From NCBI GenBank assembly GCA_000092065.1, contig CP000581.1: a stretch of DNA of 64,000 nt, one strand, 5' to 3'. Positions 56,777 to 64,000 of the stretch are shown piece by piece (within the stretch, counting starts at the first letter, position 1; every line of letters begins with the position of its first letter). The position numbers and the translations under genes were made by a program. The notes beneath the pieces were generated by a model that made no database searches, was not told the origin of the DNA, and saw only the letters and a list, made by a program, of their open reading frames with translations. Origin of the DNA: Ostreococcus lucimarinus (Eukaryota).

Positions 56777-58963
56777 TTACACAAACGTGCCGGCGTTTTT
56801 CTCGATCCACGCGCGACAGTGCTTGCCCTTCACGGCGATGAGTTCGGCGGAACCGACTTCGCCGATTTCAAACTTGACGTTAGCCGCACGAAGGACAGTT
56901 TCGATCGCCAACAATCGACGCTGGGCACCGTTTTTACCCGGCTTTACCTTACCCGCGTAGATGAACATGGCGGATGGTACTTGATCGCTCGAAAGCGTGG
57001 ACATGCGTTCGAGCAGGACGAGCGTCGCCACCGTAGCTTCGGTGCGCGACAGCTGGTTCATGTTTATCGTACAAGACTCAGACTCCGCTTCGCGCGTCGA
57101 CAGTACGACTGACAAGTCTTCGTACACACCGTGTTCAACGCCCTGAGCGTAGATTTCGCGCAACTTCGCAACCTGGGCGCTGTGCACGAAGGATGCGTCG
57201 TCGCCTGATTCGAGCGATTGTTTCGCCATGGCGAGCTCTGCGCCGCCGCCGCCGATGAACGCATCGAAAACCGTCGTGTACGTCTCCCGATTCGGAGTTA
57301 ACGAACTATTCACTTCGGATTGCTTCTGCATCACGCGAAAGTACTCCATCGCCTCTTCGCTACGGTTCGCACGCCCGAGGGCGTTGATCAAGACGTTGAA
57401 CAAGATGCGGTTTGGCTCGACGCCCGCGGCGCGCATTTCCTCATACACCTTTATCGCAGTTGCCGCATCGCGCGCCTTAGCGCATGTAGCGATCAAACTA
57501 CCATACGTGATCACGTCTGGTTCAACGCCAAGCTTTTTCATCGCGTCATAAAGCTCGAGAGTTGCTTGTACCGATGTAGAGTCCTCCTTGGCGTTCAATC
57601 CCGCAGCGTGAATCAATCGATTTAACGTGCCGACTTGGATTTCAATACCAGAATCCCGCATGTGGCTGAACGCGTCAAACGCCATCTCGGGTTTACCCGC
57701 TTTACACGCGGCGTCGATGAGTAGTGAGTACGTGCTCCTGTCCGGCGTCACGTTGCCTTTCGTTTGCATTTCTTCAAAAATTTCAAACGCCGCCTCCACG
57801 CGCGGTTGCGGTGCGTTCACGCAAGCACTCAAAAGTGTGTTGTACGTCACCTTTCGTGGCATGAGTCCGTTCGACTTCATCTGCACAAAAACTTCCAAAG
57901 CTTGCGCGAGAAGTCCGCTTCGTGCCATGGAATCGAGGGCAGTCTCGTACGTTTGTCTCGCCGGCGTGATCCCCTCTTCGATGAGTTCATCGAAAGTGCG
58001 CACCGCCAGGTCGTGCTGATTCGCGCGATGTGCGGCAACGATGAGAGTGTGATACGCCGCCGGCGCTGGGTCGACATCTTCGTTGAGCATCTCTTCAAAA
58101 AGACGACACGTGCGAATGAGTCGCTCCTGTGGCCCCTTTCGCTTTCCCATGTCGTTGTCCGCCAACGCGCGCAGAAGCGTCACGTAAAGCTTCGAGCTCA
58201 CCGGCAACCCGACATAGCGCATATCATCTTTGATACGAAGCGCGTCCTTGAACATCTCAGCCTTGAGCGCCAACTCGATGGCCAGATGAAACGTACGTCC
58301 CGTCATGCGCACTTGCGCCTCCGTCATCGCGTCGTACACCTGCACCGCACGTTCGGGCGAGCCAACGTTTTGACACACGAGCATCACCGCTACGTACGTG
58401 CTCTCCACGGGCTCCAACCCCGCGTCTCGCATTTCCTTCACCAAACCGAGCACTTCCTCCATGCTCGCGCATCGCCGCAACACGTCGTTGCACTTCGTCA
58501 CCGCCCCCGCGTCGTTCGCGTTCACCCCCTCTTCGTACAAAAACGACAACCGCGCGTCCGTCCCGCCTCTCGCACCACCACTCGCGGCCTCCTCGCGCAC
58601 CGCCCGCACCGCCGTGCGCTTCTCCCGTCGACTCGCCTTTTGCTTATCCAACCTCTCGAACGCGTCGTCGTCCATCGTCCCTCGAAACACGTCGTCCCTC
58701 CGCGCCCGCCCGCCCGTCTTCGGCGTCGCGCGCGTCGACTCTTCCTCCTCGCAAAAGCTCTCCATCGCGTTCAGCACGTCCTCCGCGCCGAGATCGTCCG
58801 CGAGCGCGCCGCGCGCTTCCGCGCGCCGCGCCGCGCGTCCCGCTCGACGCGCATCGCCCGCCCTCCCCGCGCGCGCCGTCGACGTCGCGCGCGCGCGCCC
58901 GCGCGCCGTCGACGTCGCGCGCGCGCGCATCGTCACCTTCGCCGTCGCTCGCGCGGTCGCCAT
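56777..58963 (-). CDS. Pentatricopeptide repeat (PPR) protein, organelle-targeted
   Basis: ORF to 59119; ATG 58961-58963 (MATARATAKVTMRARATSTARGRARATSTARAGRAGD presequence). >12 tandem 35-aa helical pairs (e.g. TYVAVMLVCQNVGSPERAVQVYDAMTEAQVRMTGRTFHLAIELALKAEMFKDALRIKDDMRYVGLPVSSKLYVTLLRALA; VTYNTLLSACVNAPQPRVEAAFEIFEEMQTKGNVTPDRSTYSLLIDAACKAGKPEMAFDAFSHMRDSGIE). Confidence 0.7.
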   Translation of the reverse strand: MATARATAKVTMRARATSTARGRARATSTARAGRAGDARRAGRAARRAEARGALADDLGAEDVLNAMESFCEEEESTRATPKTGGRARRDDVFRGTMDDDAFERLDKQKASRREKRTAVRAVREEAASGGARGGTDARLSFLYEEGVNANDAGAVTKCNDVLRRCASMEEVLGLVKEMRDAGLEPVESTYVAVMLVCQNVGSPERAVQVYDAMTEAQVRMTGRTFHLAIELALKAEMFKDALRIKDDMRYVGLPVSSKLYVTLLRALADNDMGKRKGPQERLIRTCRLFEEMLNEDVDPAPAAYHTLIVAAHRANQHDLAVRTFDELIEEGITPARQTYETALDSMARSGLLAQALEVFVQMKSNGLMPRKVTYNTLLSACVNAPQPRVEAAFEIFEEMQTKGNVTPDRSTYSLLIDAACKAGKPEMAFDAFSHMRDSGIEIQVGTLNRLIHAAGLNAKEDSTSVQATLELYDAMKKLGVEPDVITYGSLIATCAKARDAATAIKVYEEMRAAGVEPNRILFNVLINALGRANRSEEAMEYFRVMQKQSEVNSSLTPNRETYTTVFDAFIGGGGAELAMAKQSLESGDDASFVHSAQVAKLREIYAQGVEHGVYEDLSVVLSTREAESESCTINMNQLSRTEATVATLVLLERMSTLSSDQVPSAMFIYAGKVKPGKNGAQRRLLAIETVLRAANVKFEIGEVGSAELIAVKGKHCRAWIEKNAGTFV

Positions 58964-59156
58964 CGCGCGCGCGTCGCGGCGTCGCGCGATGGCGACGCGC
59001 GCGCGTCGGCCGCGGCTGACGTCACCGCGCGCGGCGACCGACCGACCGTTTTCGCGATCCGAACGAGCGATGTCAAAGTAGCTATAACCGCGACAGCGTT
59101 GGTTCTCGCGCTGACACAAACGATGTAGTCATTGTAAAACAATCTAAGCGCCTAAT

Positions 59157-60620
59157 CTAGTCCTCCCTCGAAGGTTTCTTCTTATCCGCGGCGACGTAGC
59201 CGCTTCGCGTGCTCATGAGGGAGGTGTCCTTTCGCACGACTTCATCCTTGGCGGTGGTGATTTTAGCGGCGCGGCCCTTCTCGCCGTATGCATGCGTGAG
59301 CATGGATTTCCACGTGCGCGTGTCGGTATCTTGCGAACGCCATCCATCTTTGGATTGCGCGGAGCTTCCCGGATCGTTGCCGTCGCCGAGCATGAGCGCG
59401 GGGACGGCTTTGTCGATGGTGCCGAGCCGAGCCTCAGCTTTGAGCAATTCTGCCTTGTCGCTACCGTTCACGCCAGAGTTGAAATCTAAAGAAAGCGATG
59501 GCGTCGTCGGGTACGCGCGTTGCGCGTACGTCATCAAACGCTTGACGCTTTGCAGGTATTTCCGTGTCTCTTCGTCGTGCATGGCGTGCGCTTGCGACGA
59601 CGCGCCAATCTTCTCTCGGGCGCTACGGGCGTGGATACCGACCATTGTAACCCCGATAGGCCACGCAGCGTTGCCGATCGCAATTCCGACGTACGCGTCG
59701 GCGGCTTTCTTGTAATTTCTTTGCTTCATCGCTTGCATGATGAGGTAAAGAGCGCGCTCAACGTCGCCGGGAAGCAAACGACGCTTGATGCGCTTAAACA
59801 GTGGCTTCAAATGCTGCTTCAACGTGCGAAACGTCGAAATCGATTGACGACCTTCGTGAGTGTAGCACCACTCCTCAGACTTCGCGTCGAGCTCGGCTTC
59901 CCACTCCGCGACGAGAGATTTGAAGTACGCAGCCACTTGGTCTATGGGTTCCTTGTCCTCGGCCTCGCGTTGCTTCTTCAGCTTTTGCGCCGCTTTCGCG
60001 AACGCGTCCATGAGTGCTTTCTCCTCGACTACCTCAGGCTCATCATCATCGACGACTTCCGCGCCTCCATCGCCCGCGACGCCCTTTAGCGACCTTTCTT
60101 TCGCCTTTAAGCTCTGTTCCTTCTTCTTTCGCGCGAACGCCTCGACGTGCTCGGCGTCCAACAACTTTTCATTCACCTGCGTCGCCGTCGTCGTCGTCTC
60201 GTCCACGATCGCGAAATTTTTCGTCGCCACTTTCAATCGAAAAATCCTATCCTCCCTCGTCTCCCCGAACATCGTCGCCGGTTGCCCGAGCGTGCGCAAC
60301 CGCGCCACGGCTTCGTCGTTCGTCAACGCGTCCAGCGCCGCGTCCGCCTCTTCGTCCTCCAGCACGCGCGTCACCACCGCCGCCGTCGCCGCGATCGCTT
60401 TTCCATCATCCTCGCGCGCGCGTTTCGCCCCCGTCACCCTCCCCGCGCCGTCCGCGTCCGCGTCGGCGCCGTCGTTTTCCCCATCCACCGGCGCCGCCGA
60501 CGCCTCGCGCTGAAGATCGCCGCGTCGGGCGTACTTCTTCCCGCCGCTCGACGACGCCGCCGCCGCGCGCGCCGCGCGTTCGGCTCTCAACCGCGCGATC
60601 TCCGCGCTCGCGATGTCCAT
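59157..60620 (-). CDS. PRP18: Pre-mRNA splicing factor Prp18 (PRP4/SFM motif + Prp18 domain)
   Basis: ATG 60620. SFM-type motif EAVARLRTLGQPATMFGETREDRIFRL; Prp18 core ...EWCYTHEGRQSISTFRTLKQHLKPLFKRIKRRLLPGDVERALYLIMQAMKQRNYKKAADAYVGIAIGNAAWPIGVTMVGIHARSAREKIGASSQAHAMHDEETRKYLQSVKRLMTYAQRAYPTTPS. Confidence 0.75.
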   Translation of the reverse strand: MDIASAEIARLRAERAARAAAASSSGGKKYARRGDLQREASAAPVDGENDGADADADGAGRVTGAKRAREDDGKAIAATAAVVTRVLEDEEADAALDALTNDEAVARLRTLGQPATMFGETREDRIFRLKVATKNFAIVDETTTTATQVNEKLLDAEHVEAFARKKKEQSLKAKERSLKGVAGDGGAEVVDDDEPEVVEEKALMDAFAKAAQKLKKQREAEDKEPIDQVAAYFKSLVAEWEAELDAKSEEWCYTHEGRQSISTFRTLKQHLKPLFKRIKRRLLPGDVERALYLIMQAMKQRNYKKAADAYVGIAIGNAAWPIGVTMVGIHARSAREKIGASSQAHAMHDEETRKYLQSVKRLMTYAQRAYPTTPSLSLDFNSGVNGSDKAELLKAEARLGTIDKAVPALMLGDGNDPGSSAQSKDGWRSQDTDTRTWKSMLTHAYGEKGRAAKITTAKDEVVRKDTSLMSTRSGYVAADKKKPSRED

Positions 60621-60733
60621 CGCGCGCCGCGTCGTCGTGTGCGGCGTCGCGCGGATTCGTCAGACTGTTTGCCCACGGGGCTGATTTTCCCGCCAAACGC
60701 GGTGTCGAGTTTGAATCGGCGTCACTCCCGCGC

Positions 60734-61993
60734 ATGCTGTCGCGCGAAGGCCGCAAGACGATCGCCGACGTCACGCGCGCGCGAACGATCGAAAGCCTGA
60801 CGAACGGTCTGCGACGAATGCTGGGACACGCGCGAGGCGTGCACGCGACGACGACGCGATCGAGCGAAATGAGAACGATGCGACACTTGAAGAAGATTAC
60901 CGCGACGATTCGCGGCGCGACGACGCCGTTGCGCGCGACGCGCGCGCAGACGACGGGTCGGGAACACGCGAGACGGACGTTTGCGGCGCAGGCGCAGTTT
61001 GTGAATAACCGGGGGTCGTACACGCCCGCGGGACCGAGGTCGGCGCGCGCGCAATCGTACGGAGGAGATCCGCAGACGCAGACGACGGCGCCGCCGAGCG
61101 TCGTCACGTGGACGCCGGAATTGGCGAACTCGGTGACGATCATCGGTAACGTCGGCGCTGATCCGGAGATTCGGCACTTCTCCAGCGGAACGTGCGTGGC
61201 GAACGTGCGATTGGCTGTGAACGGCGGGCGTAAAGCCGAAATGACGGACGGCGCCGTGGAGGAGGACAAGACGAACTGGTTTGCGGTGGACATTTGGGGC
61301 GAGGAGGCGATGCGCATGGCCGAACACGTGAGTAAGGGCAAGACGATTTGCGTGCAAGGTCAGTTGAAGACGGACACGTGGACGGACAAAGACACAGGGG
61401 CACCGCGTTCCCGAGTGAAGATTGTGGCGAAAAACTTTTCCTTTGTGCAGAGCGCCAAGGCGCAGCAAGGTGGTGGTGGCTACGGGCAGCAACAACAATC
61501 TGGTGGCTACGGCAGCGACATGGCCCCAGCTGCGACGCGCCAACAGTCATCGCCGCCGCCGCAACAGCGCCAGCAACCGCCGCAACAGACAGGCATGCCC
61601 CCGGGCGCGTCTCCGAAGGAGGCGCTCTGGCGTTCGCTCGCCGAGGCTCCGGACACGTGGTGGGACAACCGCGATCGAAAGTCTCAACCAGGTGCAAACC
61701 CACGTTCGCCTGATTTCAAGCATAAGGAAACCGGCGAGGCGTTGTGGGTCGAAAGCCGTGATACTCCCGCGTGGGTGCTGGAAACGTTGGGCGGCGGCGC
61801 GCAACAATCGAGGCAGCAGGACTCGGACGCGTACACGGGCGCCTCCAATCCGGCGGCGTATGAACCGGACTATAACCAACCGTACGGTACGCAAGTCCCG
61901 CAAGCTCAGTATGCCGGTGGTTACCAACCGCTCGACAACGACGGTTACGAGCCTGTCGAGCAACACTTCAACCAAGACGACCCACCGTTTTAA
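60734..61993 (+). CDS. Organellar single-stranded DNA-binding protein of the plant OSB family (SSB-like OB fold + C-terminal PDF motif), Q/G-rich linker
   Basis: ORF 60014.. is antisense to Prp18 until 60620; ATG 60734 (MLSREGRKTIADVTRARTIESL... presequence). OB fold: VTWTPELANSVTIIGNVGADPEIRHFSSGTCVANVRLAVNGG...NWFAVDIWGEEAMRMAEHVSKGKTICVQGQLKTDTWTDKDTGAPRSRVKIVAKNFSFV; PDF motif: EALWRSLAEAPDTWWDNRDRKSQPGANPRSPDFKHKETGEALWVESRDTPAWV. Confidence 0.7.
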   Translation: MLSREGRKTIADVTRARTIESLTNGLRRMLGHARGVHATTTRSSEMRTMRHLKKITATIRGATTPLRATRAQTTGREHARRTFAAQAQFVNNRGSYTPAGPRSARAQSYGGDPQTQTTAPPSVVTWTPELANSVTIIGNVGADPEIRHFSSGTCVANVRLAVNGGRKAEMTDGAVEEDKTNWFAVDIWGEEAMRMAEHVSKGKTICVQGQLKTDTWTDKDTGAPRSRVKIVAKNFSFVQSAKAQQGGGGYGQQQQSGGYGSDMAPAATRQQSSPPPQQRQQPPQQTGMPPGASPKEALWRSLAEAPDTWWDNRDRKSQPGANPRSPDFKHKETGEALWVESRDTPAWVLETLGGGAQQSRQQDSDAYTGASNPAAYEPDYNQPYGTQVPQAQYAGGYQPLDNDGYEPVEQHFNQDDPPF

Positions 61994-62100
61994 GCGCCCG
62001 CCGATGACCTACAAGATTTTACCAACAAAAGCGAAAGTTTTAACGAATTGTGAATAAAAAGGAACGCTCGCTCGATTAAATATTGCAAAGTCTACGTTCT

Positions 62101-64000
62101 CTACTTGCCGCCAGCGGTCATCCGCGTGCCGTAATGCATGCTCACTGCGTTGTCAATGTCCTCTTGCGCACACCCCGCTTCGTGGAAGTTTTCGAGCGCC
62201 TCGTCGAGCATCGACTTCCATTCCTTTCCTAAGCGAGCCGCCAATTGTGATTGCTCGAAGAGCGTATTACCAAGCATGACGCGCACTTGTCCCTTCGTCG
62301 ATGGCTCCTCGTCCGTGGGTGGTTCGTCGCCCCGCGCGACGGCTTCGTCCACGAGCGCTTGGAACGCCGCCTTTTCCTCCTCAGTCTTTTCCCTCGGGAC
62401 TTCGTCCGGCAAGGTGGCAAACACAGCCTTGTAATCCGCCACGGCTCCGACGAATTCGGCCTCTGCTTCTGCAATGCGCTTTTTAGCATCGTGACCCTTG
62501 GCTACCTTACCCTCATCGCCGCTCATGCCGGCGGCGGCGCTGAGCAGACGCGAGCGCTCGTAGCGACGCTGCGCCAACGCGATGTGCGAATCGTGGTGAT
62601 CCGGCTTGATCACGATCGCTTCCTCGAATCGTTCCTTAGCAAGACCGATGAGTCGTTCGACTTCATCGAACTCATCCGCGATGGCGATGGCAGATCCCGG
62701 AGGACCGCCCTGCTCCTTCGCCGGTTCGCGACCGCCGTCCATCTTCTTGCGCGCTTCGCACATGTGCACGTTGCCCCAATTAAAGATGGTCGCCGCGGCG
62801 CAGGCTTGGAACTTCTCGATGGCAGCATCTCGAATTTCCTTTGCTTCTTCGTCCGTCAAGCTCGTACCACTTGCGAGATCGTTGGACAAGTTCGTACCCT
62901 AAGAGACGCGAAAAACGAGAAAATTGTCAGTCGAGAATTCGTCGTCGCGCCTTCGTGGTCGAGATTGAAACCATCGACCCCCAGCAAAGAAGCTCACGAT
63001 AGGAGCGAAAGACATTTGCAAAAACATTAATCACGGAAATCAGTGAAGTAGTAAGTTTTTTGTATCGTCATCGCTTCTTTGCACGATGAGAGCCGCGATT
63101 GTTTCGCACGTCGTGCGCTATTCGAAAGAAAACGTACCTCGTGGTGAAGGTCCAAGTGGCCCTCTGCGTCGATGCCGAGATGTTCGCGGAACAAGGAAGA
63201 AAAGTCCAAAATCCATTCATCGATCTCGACGACCTCGTTCGGCGCCAGGCCAACCGGGTTGCCATCTTCGTCGACGACCTCGATGTCTTCAACCTTGGGC
63301 AACTCTTGAATCATGAGCTTGACGTACGGGATGAGTGGGGGCTTTTCCATCGCCCGCAAACGCGTCGAGGTGGCGTAGATGGACTTTTGAAAGTCGTTTC
63401 GCGACTGAACATTCTTCACGTTGCCTTCTTCGTCTTCGTACTTGATCGAAAACTGCCCCGCGAACGCAAACTTGGTCGCAATGCTCGTCTGCAAGTCCTT
63501 GAAACCGATTGTAGACCACACGCTGAACATGCGCACGTCGTCCCCGAACGCCGCCTTGACCAGAATCGACGGCGGGTCCGCCACGCGCTCTTTCGCCTGC
63601 GCCGCGTATCGCGCTTCCGCTTCCGCTCTTCGCGCATCCTCTCCCGCATCACCATCGCCCTTCTTCGCGCCCTTCTTACCCTTCTTCCCGGGCGCGAGGG
63701 TCATCCCTCCCAACCCCGCCGGCGCCCCCGCCTTGCTCGTCCCGTTGAGCGCGTCCAGCGCATCCTTCGCGTCCGTGTAGCTCGGTTCGATCTCGATCAC
63801 GCTCTGCAAATCTCTTTTCGCCTTACCGACCTGTCCCAACTGCATGTACGCCTGCGCCCTGTGCCAATACGCCTTATAACTCTTCCCGTCCAGCGCCAGC
63901 GCGCGGCTCGCCTCCGCCACGACGTCCGCGTAGCACTGCATCTTCGAAAAGCACGCCGCTCGATTACTGTGAATCATCGCCCGCGTCTGATCGCGTTCGG
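62101..64000 (-). CDS. TPR + PB1 (Phox/Bem1p) domain protein, 5'-truncated by window end; exons >64000..63138 and 62898..62101, 239-nt intron GTACGT...TTAG
   Basis: Upstream ORF (63027..63977, open to window edge) has TPR helices (NRAACFSKMQCYADVVAEASRALALDGKSYKAYWHRAQAYMQLGQVGKAKRDLQSVIEIEP) and PB1 fold (VKAAFGDDVRMFSVWSTIGFKDLQTSIATKFAFAGQFSIKYEDEEGNVKNV); reading ...GHLDLHHE is followed by gtacgt at c.63137, and ORF tail after that is junk with stop. Downstream ORF 62101..62889 (track start is TTG) joins in phase 0 after cttag: GTNLSNDLASGTSLTDEEAKEIRD...IVIKPDHHDSHIALAQRRYERSRL...HYGTRMTAGGK*. Confidence 0.6.

Noticed and set aside
1-64000. Prokaryotic-style defence islands, CRISPR arrays, operons, rRNA
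   Set aside because: The sequence is eukaryotic nuclear DNA (spliceosomal introns with GT..AG, MADS/Paf1/Prp18/proteasome genes, organelle presequences). No direct-repeat/spacer architecture, no rRNA-like conserved stretches, and no phage-type integrase or transposase ORFs were seen.

Overview
This 64-kb window reads as high-GC (roughly 65–70% by eye, not computed), gene-dense, intron-poor eukaryotic nuclear DNA. I found no prokaryotic operons, rRNA, CRISPR or convincing tRNA. Gene content and intron style fit a green-lineage picoalga. The evidence is nuclear genes for plastid and mitochondrial proteins (LHC antenna, FtsH, Deg protease, OSB, PRORP, Mrp10), a GSIII glutamine synthetase, a MADS-box gene, and GTGCG-type splice donors. 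My best guess is Mamiellophyceae, Micromonas-like; this is inference, not a database hit.

I call about 40 protein-coding genes, roughly one per 1.5 kb. They are mostly single long ORFs, and I could model only five short introns (89–315 nt). Genes are packed head-to-head and tail-to-tail. Some divergent ATGs sit 0–100 bp apart and some convergent stop codons 18–65 bp apart.

The six-frame ORF track evidently uses alternative start codons and stop-free flanks, so many listed ORFs are spurious: N-terminal extensions into neighbours, or antisense ORFs kept open by GC codon bias. I re-derived plausible ATG starts by hand, so coordinates can be off by a few nt. Product assignments rest on motifs I recognise in the translations; no search was run.

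The most notable items are:
- an IRE1/RNase L-like kinase–KEN endoribonuclease with a long atypical N-terminal region;
- a 1.6k-aa surface protein combining a 7-blade RCC1 propeller with about 30 ephrin-receptor-like Cys repeats;
- an 82-bp-arm near-perfect hairpin in a bidirectional promoter;
- a palindrome-rich tandem repeat in another bidirectional promoter;
- a block of lower-GC genes at 32–45 kb;
- divergent start codons that overlap in a single CATG.
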